From Bdellovibrionota bacterium (lineage in GTDB: Bacteria; Bdellovibrionota_C; UBA2361; SZUA-149; CAZDWZ01): 64,000 nt of DNA. Each line of letters opens with the position of its first letter. The first letter of the stretch is position 1. The notes beneath the pieces were generated by a model. The model made no database searches. It was not told the DNA's origin and saw only the letters and a list, made by a program, of their open reading frames with translations. Positions 37,976 to 46,367 of the stretch are shown here, in pieces. The DNA is taken from assembly GCA_046328905.1 (NCBI GenBank), contig JAXLVP010000001.1:46731-110730 (forward strand). The letters run 5' to 3'. The position numbers and the translations under genes were made by a program.

Positions 37976-39615
37976 ACCCAGGCTTTGGTGGCGTCAGGAA
38001 GGAGGGAGATGAGCCGCACACTTATTTCTCGAGGTCCCCCGGCGACGAGGGGGAACGCGCCCAAGCTTTCGAATCGTTTGTAGAACTCTGAGTGAAAGAA
38101 AGGGACGATCTCATTCCCCGGCTTGAGCTCGAAGTTTTCTGGGAACCGCAAAAATTTCGAAGCCAGCTCGGTATCATCCGGGGTGATTGAAAGGAGGAGA
38201 TCTCGAAGTGCCGCTGTCGCCGGCGCGTCGTCTGCGAAACCGACGGTCCAACTATTTTTCGGACGAATGTCGTTCCGAATTCGCTGCGCGACCTCCCGAG
38301 CGACGGTGCTGTCGTTCACGATAAATCCGTTCTCTGAGTTGAGCCAAGCGGAGCGAGGATCGACGTTCGACGACCCCAACCAAACTGCTTCGTCGTCGCG
38401 GACAAAGGTTTTCGCGTGGCAACAGAGATGTACGAGGGGTGTTCCGTCCGCGTTCCCATTATCCAGCGAGCGAGTGAACGTTCCTCCGGGCTCGTCGGCA
38501 CGGTGATAGGCCAGCATCTCGAAAAGATCGGCTGGTTGCGGCTTCATCTCGTGAATCTGAAGCAGGAGCTCCGCCAGGTAATGGACGCGCTCCCGGTAAC
38601 TGTGGGCGTAGGCTACAACGTTGTCGGTTGACGCTAAGCTATTGGTCGACACCTGTATTGGAAGATTCGGGTGAGCGGCGCGCAAGTCCTTGAGCGCTTG
38701 AAAGTGCACCGGGTCGAGCACGAAATATGGCGATTGAAGGAGCAGGTATTGCTTCGCGGAGGAGAAAAACGTCACGATCGACTTCAGCGTGAGATTGAGC
38801 TCGTTGATGGGCGAGCACGGAATGTCACTGACGTACTTGATGTTATCGACTCGCCGAAGCTTCTCTTGTGCAAAGTGCGATGCTGTGCCGCAGTCCCGAA
38901 GCCGCTCTTCGAGCGCATCGAACAACATGTCAAGCTCAAAGCTGTCGCGATCGGAGTAAGCGACCCCAGCCGCGGGCAGGTGCGTATGAAGATCGGCGAG
39001 CCGTTCCGGCGGGAGGGAAAGATCGCAGTCCCAAAAGCCGTCGAACGAAGATTGGACCGCCTGGACCTCCGGCCCGATCACCAGCAGCTCTCTGTCGCGA
39101 AAGTTTCTCGTTGCTCCGCGGTCGTAATAATCGTTCTGGTAGTTGCGTCCGCCGACTATTGCGAGCTGTCCGTCAATGATAAAGGCTTTATTGTGCATCC
39201 GATGGTTCATCGAGCCGAAGTCGCTGAGCGCTGCTGAGATGAGATCCAGGGTGCTCGGTATGAGCCGCTCTGCGGACGGATTATAGTATTTCACCGAAAT
39301 ATTCGGGTGCGCGAGGCCCATAAAAGCGAGCAGCTTTGGCGGCCCGAGCGAGACCCACGCATCGATGAGAATTCGGACCACGACTCCGCGTCGTGCCGCT
39401 TGCAGGAGTTCCCAGAACACATACCGACCCGATTCGTCGTTGGCCCAGATGAAGGTTTGAACGTCAATAGCCCGATCCGCCGCACGGATAGCGTGAACGC
39501 GAGCGAAAAGGGCTTCATCGCCCGTTTCGAGGACGCCTACTGCGTGGGAAGAGTGAACGGTGGATTCCCCGGATTTTACCAGCTTCCGGGCGTGCTCAAT
39601 GACAGGGCTGCGCAT
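37972..39615 (-). CDS. phospholipase D family protein (two HKD motifs)
   Basis: HNKAFIIDGQLAIVGGRN and HAKTFVRDDEAVWLGSSN are HxK(x)4D(x)6G motifs. 547 aa. Confidence 0.8.
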   Translation of the reverse strand: MRSPVIEHARKLVKSGESTVHSSHAVGVLETGDEALFARVHAIRAADRAIDVQTFIWANDESGRYVFWELLQAARRGVVVRILIDAWVSLGPPKLLAFMGLAHPNISVKYYNPSAERLIPSTLDLISAALSDFGSMNHRMHNKAFIIDGQLAIVGGRNYQNDYYDRGATRNFRDRELLVIGPEVQAVQSSFDGFWDCDLSLPPERLADLHTHLPAAGVAYSDRDSFELDMLFDALEERLRDCGTASHFAQEKLRRVDNIKYVSDIPCSPINELNLTLKSIVTFFSSAKQYLLLQSPYFVLDPVHFQALKDLRAAHPNLPIQVSTNSLASTDNVVAYAHSYRERVHYLAELLLQIHEMKPQPADLFEMLAYHRADEPGGTFTRSLDNGNADGTPLVHLCCHAKTFVRDDEAVWLGSSNVDPRSAWLNSENGFIVNDSTVAREVAQRIRNDIRPKNSWTVGFADDAPATAALRDLLLSITPDDTELASKFLRFPENFELKPGNEIVPFFHSEFYKRFESLGAFPLVAGGPREISVRLISLLPDATKAWV

Positions 39616-39762
39616 GACCGACCTATACGTGGTCGGGAGGCAAAAGTTCCATGATGCGGATCAGTTTTGGGGCAAGGGGACCGCGCGACACCGCAGGAGG
39701 CGAGTTAGTGGCAACGAGAGTTGCTACCAACCCTCTGACATGAACCGCAGAAGCACGTTGAC

Positions 39763-40071
39763 TTACACTGCTTCGGTCGCTAACGCTCTGATTTCGTCGA
39801 GTCGATATCCATGACGGCTATCGTAAGCACTTTCTTCTTCAACAGGAACCACCTCAGCTTGAACATGCTGCGAATCTGTCGTTCGATGCGCAAGCCAAGC
39901 GGGGCCCGATTGTTGCTGCTGTTGAAGCTGCTGGTAGCTGACTGTCAGGCGTTCGCGCTGCAAGTAGGGGTCAAATACCCACCGAGCGTTAGCGCTGCAC
40001 CCGCAGCCGGTTCCATCTTCCGAAGAAGCCGTGCCACAAGCGCCGCAATGTAATTTGGAGTCGTTTCTCAT
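39763..40071 (-). CDS. small Cys-containing hypothetical protein (~102 aa)
   Basis: Start at ATG 40071 with GAGGA RBS 7 nt upstream. LHCGACGTASSEDGTGCGCS motif, poly-Q stretch. Confidence 0.4.
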   Translation of the reverse strand: MRNDSKLHCGACGTASSEDGTGCGCSANARWVFDPYLQRERLTVSYQQLQQQQQSGPAWLAHRTTDSQHVQAEVVPVEEESAYDSRHGYRLDEIRALATEAV

Positions 40072-40422
40072 CAAAGATCCTCGTGTGAATTGAAGTTGCC
40101 ATAGGTGACAAAGGCGCGGACGCCTCTCTAACGTATGGTCGCTTCTGAGGACTTTGAAATCAGAACCGGAGCTCAAACCTTCTGTTCTCTCGTTACCACC
40201 AGCTAAACGGCGCAAAACGCGGTTTAGCGCATGGAAACAAGTTCCGACCTTGGGTGCGGGAAAGTATCATAGTGGGAGGACCGGTGCAAGAGTAGGAAAA
40301 CGGTGGGTTTTGCGAGGGGCCGGGAGGAGACAGCAAAGAGCAGCATGCCGCCAAAACGGCTCAATGAAGATTGATCGGGCAATGCCGCATTTCGTGTGTA
40401 GGCGAAAGCATTACCCGACCGG

Positions 40423-40869
40423 TCAGCCAGCCAATTGGCCAGGACCCATGTGATCGCGCGTCCAGTTATCATCGGGCGCGTCGACTGAACGAGCGCGCCG
40501 GTGCGCACGTAGGTCAACCTCGTCAAAATGTGCCTCGCAATCGGGGCAGTATTCTGACTTTCCGACGAAGCGGTTTTTGCAGTTTGAGCAACACCGTTCG
40601 TCTTTGAGGTCGTCCCATGTAACGTCCGGATCGGCGTCTGGTAGGCCAGCAAACTGCTGCTCCAGGCGCCAACGCTCGAGCGCGTCGGCAAGGCCGGCGC
40701 CGTGGAGGTCAGCTTGCAGCTGCTCCAGGGATTCCGTTGCGCGGGAGGCACGCAGCGACTCGTTGAGGACTTGGTCCTCGAGCCTAGCGATGCGTGTCCG
40801 ACCGAACGGATCGGCCAAGAAGCGAGCGACGGCGGCGAAAACAGCGATGAACGTGCGGATTGAAATCAT
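40423..40869 (-). CDS. hypothetical protein with N-terminal TM and C-terminal zinc-ribbon-like CC-x2-C...C-x2-C motif
   Basis: MISIRTFIAVFAAVARFLA hydrophobic N-terminus. ERCCSNCKNRFVGKSEYCPDCEAHF. Confidence 0.45.
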   Translation of the reverse strand: MISIRTFIAVFAAVARFLADPFGRTRIARLEDQVLNESLRASRATESLEQLQADLHGAGLADALERWRLEQQFAGLPDADPDVTWDDLKDERCCSNCKNRFVGKSEYCPDCEAHFDEVDLRAHRRARSVDAPDDNWTRDHMGPGQLAG

Positions 40870-40898
40870 GATCCTGTGATCCCTAAGAAAAAGTGAAA

Positions 40899-40950
40899 TT
40901 GGTTAGTTGCTGTAACAAGACCTCTCCATCCCGCTCCAGAAACTAACCAA
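40899..40950. promoter_or_regulatory. perfect 10-bp inverted repeat ttggttagtt ...32 bp... aactaaccaa, 30 bp upstream of the 40869 start codon
   Basis: Seen in sequence. Lies in AT-rich leader of the zinc-ribbon gene. Candidate operator or RNA hairpin. Confidence 0.25.
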
Positions 40951-41330
40951 CCGCTTCTCCGAGATTCGATGCGAACATGATCGAATGCTTTCAAAACCTC
41001 TTTGCATCTCACGATGCAAAAACCTAAATGAAACCTTAAAAATGCGGCATCGCACCGAGGGCAACCAACTCGTCAGCGGCTGCACACGGTGCAATGTTCT
41101 CTTGCTCACAATTCTGAGCAAAGGCTTTCTACCCGGTTCGAAGTGAAAAGATCCCGCCGCAATGAGAGCAGAGGTACTCGCGCGACCGTGATAAAGTTAT
41201 GCAAGATTCTCAGAATATAGGGTGTGGACTCCGATACATCAGGCAGTTAACTGGGCCAGTGAAACTAGCAATCGGGCTCTGCAAGGAGAATGTTTAGTCG
41301 TGCGGCGAATGAATAGCTAACGGTCTCGGG

Positions 41331-41594
41331 AGCGGTGAGCGGGAGATAGCAAAGCGGCTCATGTGAAACTCAATTACGAAAAGCGCACAAACTTGGGAAA
41401 TCACGTAGGCGGGTGAAGCGCCGACAAGGCGCAGAGGGCGCCAGCCCTGGGCCGGAGCGGTGAGCGAGAGATCGCAAAGCGGCTCATCTGAAATTCAAAA
41501 ACGAAAAGCGCACAAACTTGGGAAATCACGTAGGCGGGTGAAGCGCCGACAAGGCACAGAGGGCGCCAGCCCCGGGCCGGAGCGGTGAGCGGGG
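41331..41594. repeat. tandem direct repeat, 125-bp unit x 2.1 copies (41331-41455, 41456-41580, partial 41581-41594), abutting the 3' end of tRNA-Ala
   Basis: Unit agcggtgagcg[g/a]gagat[a/c]gcaaagcggctcat[g/c]tgaaa...aaaagcgcacaaacttgggaaatcacgtaggcgggtgaagcgccgacaaggc[g/a]cagagggcgccagccc[t/c]gggccgg. Copies are about 93% identical. Not CRISPR (no spacers). Confidence 0.7.
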
Positions 41595-41598
41595 AATA

Positions 41599-41671
41599 TG
41601 GACCCGATCGGGATCGAACCGACGACCTCGTGAATGCCATTCACGCGCTCTCCCAGCTGAGCTACGGGCCC
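41599..41671 (-). tRNA. tRNA-Ala (anticodon GGC)
   Basis: Reverse complement GGGCCCGTAGCTCAGCTGGGAGAGCGCGTGAATGGCATTCACGAGGTCGTCGGTTCGATCCCGATCGGGTCCA folds as cloverleaf. G3:U70 Ala identity pair, anticodon loop ATGGCAT, T-loop TTCGATC, discriminator A. CCA not encoded. Confidence 0.85.
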
Positions 41672-41735
41672 GGATTGCGCCAAGCAGGGGGCCTGGCGGA
41701 GGTAGAGATTTAGCATCAGGCTCAGCGGAAGACAA

Positions 41736-42128
41736 CTACTTCGGGGGAAGCCGGCTCAGTCGCTGCATTTTGTCATACAACGAATGTAATTTCTTCTGCT
41801 GCTCCGCGTTTAATACGGGGTCCAAGTCGCGGATGGCCTGGTCGAGTATCGCCTCCATCTCCGGTTGGTGTGACCGGCGGAGCTCGATGACCTTCAGGTG
41901 ATATTCAGTTACGATTTTCTCAATCTGTTGTGATTGCTCCGCTGTCGGGTGAAGCTCGGAGTCCAGCTTGTGCAAAAGTACCCGTCTTACCGCTGGCGGA
42001 CCTTCGTTGATGATACCGAAGAACCAACGGGAGTAATAGATCTTCGTTCCGGCGCTACCGACAACTGCGCCAAGGGAGAATACAACGAGCACTCCGAACC
42101 AGATTCTCAACTTTTGTCGAAGGGTCAT
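41736..42128 (-). CDS. periplasmic Spy/CpxP-like protein (LTXXQ motifs), membrane-anchored
   Basis: N-terminal TM/signal, motifs LHPTAEQSQQIEKI and LNAEQQKKL. Start overlaps previous gene stop (42125-42128). Confidence 0.55.
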   Translation of the reverse strand: MTLRQKLRIWFGVLVVFSLGAVVGSAGTKIYYSRWFFGIINEGPPAVRRVLLHKLDSELHPTAEQSQQIEKIVTEYHLKVIELRRSHQPEMEAILDQAIRDLDPVLNAEQQKKLHSLYDKMQRLSRLPPK

Positions 42129-42424
42129 AACGAAAGCTCCATCTGGACGGTCCCGTGCGTTTCGATTGTAAGGAGCGCTTCGAGAGCCAAATCGTTCGAC
42201 GGCGCAGAAATCAGGGCGTACGTGAAAACCGCCGCTGCAACGATCGACCCTGCCGACGCGAATTTCCAGAGCGCTTGTCCAAAGTATACAGACTCGTCAA
42301 CCGACTGAGCGCTCACCGACTCCATGACAGCTGCGGCGAACTGAGCGCCGAGCTCGGGAGAGCGTTGGTTGCGAAAGGCCAGTATCAGCTCAGATTCAAG
42401 CTTATCAATATCCTTCCGTTTCAT
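42125..42424 (-). CDS. putative anti-sigma factor (small single-TM protein)
   Basis: 99 aa from ATG 42424, immediately after sigma factor stop. One TM near C-terminus. Assignment by position only. Confidence 0.4.
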   Translation of the reverse strand: MKRKDIDKLESELILAFRNQRSPELGAQFAAAVMESVSAQSVDESVYFGQALWKFASAGSIVAAAVFTYALISAPSNDLALEALLTIETHGTVQMELSL

Positions 42425-42426
42425 AT

Positions 42427-43014
42427 TCAACTCCGTCCTGCGTCTATGAGCGATTCTAGGATCTTTCGAAGGTGTCCCCGTGCGCGGTGTGCGCGCACTT
42501 TTACGTTTACCAGGCTCCATCCAAGTGTCTCCGCTGCCTCTCGAACCGTTCGGCCCTCGAGATGCACGAGCGTTACCACTGCTCGGTTTTCAGGGCTCAG
42601 CCCATCGAGCGCACGGGCGAGAAGATCAGCGGCGATTCTCTGCCGTTCGGAGGAATCGAACGCTTCAATACTTCCGGTCACGAGGAGCGACTCGATGAAG
42701 CCGGATTCTTCGGTACTGAGCTGACACGGAATCGGTTCAGGACGGTGGTAGCGGTCCCGCCAGTAATCGTAGCACTCACGAACCGCGATCTTTTTCACCC
42801 AGTGCGAGAATGGGCTCTCTGCGCGATAGCTGTCAAGCGAGCGGAAGGCGCGAACGAAGGCGTCGTGGCAGACCTCTGCTGCGTCTTGCGGCGGGATTCT
42901 GCGGGAGACGACAGCCATTACTTCGTTCTTCGTGCGTTCTACCAATATGCGAAACTGATCGACGTCTCCCCGGACGATCGCCCTCACAATCTCTTCGTCC
43001 GTGAGCGTTCCCAT
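42427..43014 (-). CDS. RNA polymerase ECF-type sigma-70 factor
   Basis: Region 2 (...AAEVCHDAFVRAFRSLDSY...FSHWVKKIAVRECYDYWRDR) and region 4 HTH (LSPENRAVVTLVHLEGRTVREAAETLGWSLVNVKVRAHRARGHL). Start ATG 43014 preferred over GTG 43068. Confidence 0.8.
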   Translation of the reverse strand: MGTLTDEEIVRAIVRGDVDQFRILVERTKNEVMAVVSRRIPPQDAAEVCHDAFVRAFRSLDSYRAESPFSHWVKKIAVRECYDYWRDRYHRPEPIPCQLSTEESGFIESLLVTGSIEAFDSSERQRIAADLLARALDGLSPENRAVVTLVHLEGRTVREAAETLGWSLVNVKVRAHRARGHLRKILESLIDAGRS

Positions 43015-43118
43015 CGGAGAGGTTCGTATCCTGTCACGCGGTTGAAACTTGCGCCCGGTGGTGCTCACCCGGGCGCACAGCGAAAATTCGTATCGAGCGA
43101 CGGTTCGAATGCCGTCGG

Positions 43119-43628
43119 TCAGGACTGTGCATTCGCGTCAATCCAGTCGTCGAGCAAAGTCCGCAGCTTCTCGATCCGATGCTCAATACGGCCTTCAATT
43201 TCATTCTTCAAGCCGGAAAGCTGTTGCTTCTGATCTTCGCTCAAGACAGCTCGGATCTGGCTCACCGCTTTGGCGCGTGAGACCGCAAGCTGTTCCTCTG
43301 CTGCGGCAACCGCCTTAGCAGAATCTCTGACAAGCTTTTCATCGAACGTATCCTGATGAATTGCGTTGAAGAGCTGCTTATGGGCTTCAATGAGGGTGTC
43401 CACCTCAGGGCGTATCTCAGGGCGATTTTCCTTCATCACTGTTGCAATCCGAGACTTCTGTTCGGACTTGAGGTCGAGCTTCGTGAGGTTGCGCATCACG
43501 GTTAGAAAAGGTGCGCCGGCGGGGGACAGCTCCTCAATCGAAAATTGCGGCGAAGCCAGGGCCATGGTTCCGCAGAATACCGGGATCGCGCACGCCGCTG
43601 CAAGCAATGAGACAGCAACACGTTTCAT
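43119..43628 (-). CDS. periplasmic Spy/CpxP family chaperone-like protein (LTXXQ motifs)
   Basis: Signal peptide MKRVAVSLLAAACAIPVFCGTMALA. LKSEQKSRI and LSEDQKQQL motifs. Confidence 0.65.
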   Translation of the reverse strand: MKRVAVSLLAAACAIPVFCGTMALASPQFSIEELSPAGAPFLTVMRNLTKLDLKSEQKSRIATVMKENRPEIRPEVDTLIEAHKQLFNAIHQDTFDEKLVRDSAKAVAAAEEQLAVSRAKAVSQIRAVLSEDQKQQLSGLKNEIEGRIEHRIEKLRTLLDDWIDANAQS

Positions 43629-43785
43629 ATTCTCTATTCTCCGAATAAGTCGTTAACTGTAGGTTCCAGGCAGATGAGAGCTGCCTTTCACGTACTCAGT
43701 CGCGCTGACGGATGAATAGGTTACAGAGGCTCGAACGGCACGAGGAATCGAGAGGTTCGGCAAGCAATTGTAGGCGGTTGCGCGC

Positions 43786-44376
43786 CTAATCACCGTGACG
43801 CTTTCTGAGCAGCGGCGAGAGCCGTAGGATGAGCTGGAGCCGTTCAAAATGGCGAACCCACTCGTCGAGCTCGGCCGCAAGAGCCGCGACGGGAGAACCG
43901 AACCCCGGATCGCAGGCGGCTGCGAGCTCGGTTTCCGCTTTGTGCCGGTAGACGCTCAGGTGGCGATCGCCGAATCTGCTCAGCTCGTAGAAGTCCTCAC
44001 TGAACGCCACAACAACCGGAACCTTTGCAGCGCCGTTAATCCGCAGCTCGTCCTGGAGCTCCGGATTTGGTCTGCTTTCGACGTAACGCATTTCGATAAG
44101 AGGGCATGCGCGCTCAATAGCCGCAAGCATCGGTCCTTGCCGCTGGCAGTCGCCGCACCAAATACCGGACAGAACGAGCACCGGCATTCGTCGTTTGAAC
44201 GATGCTGTGACATTTTGCTGCGCTGCAGTCAGTTGAATGTCTTTTGCATAGCGCTCCCAATTCTCGATCTCATGCGCCTTTCCGGTCTCGAGGTACTGCG
44301 CAACCGGAAGGCCGCGGTCGAAATAGCTGCGGAAGAATTCAATTCGGTGATCGTGGTAGGGGGAGGGGCTGCTCAT
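43786..44376 (-). CDS. thioredoxin-fold protein with WCGDC motif
   Basis: VLVLSGIWCGDCQRQGPML CxxC in thioredoxin-like context. 196 aa. Confidence 0.6.
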   Translation of the reverse strand: MSSPSPYHDHRIEFFRSYFDRGLPVAQYLETGKAHEIENWERYAKDIQLTAAQQNVTASFKRRMPVLVLSGIWCGDCQRQGPMLAAIERACPLIEMRYVESRPNPELQDELRINGAAKVPVVVAFSEDFYELSRFGDRHLSVYRHKAETELAAACDPGFGSPVAALAAELDEWVRHFERLQLILRLSPLLRKRHGD

Positions 44377-44429
44377 GGTGCTCTTTTGTTATAGTTGAAC
44401 AACGGTGCTGTGAATACACGCTCAAAGGC

Positions 44430-44891
44430 TCAGAGAAAGACCCAAGTCGTTCCCGGGTTCCGATCATCCAGCTTGAACGCGCTGATGTGGTTGCATCGCG
44501 AGAGGTACGCTTCAACAGCCCGCTTGAGCACTCCCTCTCCGATCCCGTGGATAACCTCGATACGTGCGATTCCTTTCAGGAGAGACTGATCGATTGCACG
44601 CTCAAGCTCAACAACTGCGTCGTGGGCCGCCAGACCGTGAAGGTCAAGACGTATCGCCTTGCTGGACCCTGAATTACTCTCAGACGGCTTGAGACGTCCT
44701 TTCTTCTTGCTTTCTTTCGCTGCTGGGAGAGGGGAGAGCTGCGAGGCCGGCACCCACAGCTTGAGTGAGCCGAACGCGACGAGGAGCTCAGACTTGTTGT
44801 TCGGACCCTCGAGAATCGTCCCTACACCCTGAAACAGTGGGCAGCGGACGGAAGCACCGGGATGCATGGGGTCGGTATTCGGCTCAGCCAT
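44430..44891 (-). CDS. Smr domain-containing protein
   Basis: C-terminal LDLHGLAAHDAVVELERAI...IEVIHGIGEGVLKRAV fits Smr (MutS2 C-terminal-like) domain. Confidence 0.65.
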   Translation of the reverse strand: MAEPNTDPMHPGASVRCPLFQGVGTILEGPNNKSELLVAFGSLKLWVPASQLSPLPAAKESKKKGRLKPSESNSGSSKAIRLDLHGLAAHDAVVELERAIDQSLLKGIARIEVIHGIGEGVLKRAVEAYLSRCNHISAFKLDDRNPGTTWVFL

Positions 44892-44979
44892 GCACAGATT
44901 CTACGAGCCTTCGGCTTCTTCGTAAACCGCTGTCGTCAGGTGGTGGTGGAATTTTAGGATCTCAGGAGGCCGAGTATTC

Positions 44980-45975
44980 TTACGAGCCCTCGGACTGCCG
45001 AAAGAGACGGGTGAAGGCGGCCAGCTCGATGAATGGAGCCGGATCGCGTGGGCTTCCGTTTACCCTGACCTCGTAATGGAGGTGAGGACCGGTGGATTGT
45101 CCGGTCGAGCCGACCAAGCCGATCTGCTCACCTCGGCAAACGCGGTCGCCGGGTTGAATCGAAACCTTTGCAAGGTGGCCGTAGAGAGTTTCCACGCCGT
45201 TTGCGTGCTTGATGATCACACAGTTGCCGTAGCCGCTCTTCGGTCCGGCGTTGACGACGATTCCGTCGGCAGTTGCGACAACGGGGCTCAACTTGTCGAT
45301 GGAGAAGTCGACTCCTTGATGCACTTGTGCACGTCCCGAGAAAGGCGAAGAGCGGGTCCCGAATCCGGATGTGATCTCTGCGTCGATCGGGCTTCCAATG
45401 GGAGTCGCAGAGAGACGGGCCATCTGCCGATCGAGATCATTCAACAACATGGAAACTCGATTGCGGGATTCAGCCGCTTTCAAAACTGGTGTGTCGGCGG
45501 GCGCGTTCTCAGACGGTACGCTACCGAGGTGGATGATGGGCGCCTTCGAAACATCTCCGCCGCCGAGACCGAGCCCGCGCCGACGAAAACGAGTTGGGCT
45601 GCTAACACCGGTGTCTCCGATGGGAACGGCTGAGCCGATGAGACGCTCAGCCTCGGTGAGGATCGCGTCTAGCGAGTCAGCGCGTCGCTTGAGCTGATCT
45701 TCATACTTTTTCAAGCGAGCGTACTCGCTTGCAAGGAACTTCACTTTCGTCCGGACCTCATCGGTTCCTCTGCTTTCACCGAGCGCGGCTGCATCCGCAG
45801 AGACATCAGTCGAAACATTCATCGAAGCTTCTACTCTCGTCGTTTCTTCTGCGATCTCACGCGAGAGCTCACGAAGCGAGACACCGCGATGCGTGGAGTG
45901 CGGACGCGGCACAATCATGACGGCGGCGATAAATCCGGCGCAGAAGCAGAATGATACAAAGCTGAGATGTCGCAT
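44980..45975 (-). CDS. M23 family metallopeptidase
   Basis: HQGVDF, GYGNCVIIKH, GSTGQSTGPHLHYEV motifs. Start at ATG 45975 (MRHLSFVSFCFCAGFIAAVMIV signal/TM). Coiled-coil N-region. Confidence 0.8.
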   Translation of the reverse strand: MRHLSFVSFCFCAGFIAAVMIVPRPHSTHRGVSLRELSREIAEETTRVEASMNVSTDVSADAAALGESRGTDEVRTKVKFLASEYARLKKYEDQLKRRADSLDAILTEAERLIGSAVPIGDTGVSSPTRFRRRGLGLGGGDVSKAPIIHLGSVPSENAPADTPVLKAAESRNRVSMLLNDLDRQMARLSATPIGSPIDAEITSGFGTRSSPFSGRAQVHQGVDFSIDKLSPVVATADGIVVNAGPKSGYGNCVIIKHANGVETLYGHLAKVSIQPGDRVCRGEQIGLVGSTGQSTGPHLHYEVRVNGSPRDPAPFIELAAFTRLFRQSEGS

Positions 45976-46367
45976 CGTATAGCCGCGCAGGCGCGACAAA
46001 AGCGAGTCCGAAGACACGACGCGGAAAAAATTCGGCGCGAGAAGTGCCGGTAGTCTGGAACCTGCGCCGCTGGGCGAGATGCAGACGAGAGCCCGTGAAT
46101 CATCGCTCACAGAGGGGCTCGGATGTTTGAGTTGTAGATCCACAACGAGTACCTCGAACGGATTCGACTCTGTTTCCGCCCTCGGGAACAACGTTCACCC
46201 AAAGACAGTCCACCGGAGAACAGCGCCCGAAAAGGGCCGCGGAAACAGTTTCATTGCTAACGCAAGTTGGTGAAAAGTCGATCACCAAAGGGGTGCGTTC
46301 TAGCAGTCAGGCTGCGGAAACGCAAATTTCCGCAGATTTTGTCGGTTTTTCGCTCGAAAGGATTGAA

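Noticed and set aside
38671-39237. 188-aa plus-strand ORF
   Set aside because: Antisense to the PLD-family gene, which has both HKD motifs on the minus strand.
40903-41121. 72-aa minus-strand ORF in the AT-rich island
   Set aside because: No RBS, composition unlike neighbouring genes. The region looks like promoter or non-coding DNA.
40870-41330. Tested the AT-rich island for RNase P, tmRNA, SRP and 6S RNA hallmarks
   Set aside because: None of the conserved boxes (GGAAAGTCCGG, tmRNA tRNA-like 3' end, SRP GGAAGCAGCC) were found by eye. Left as unassigned non-coding.
41331-41594. Possible CRISPR array
   Set aside because: Repeats are 125 bp and directly tandem with no unique spacers. No cas genes in window. 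Not CRISPR.
42472-43233. 253-aa plus-strand ORF
   Set aside because: Antisense to the ECF sigma factor and part of the CpxP-like gene.
45076-45633. 185-aa plus-strand ORF
   Set aside because: Antisense to the M23 peptidase.
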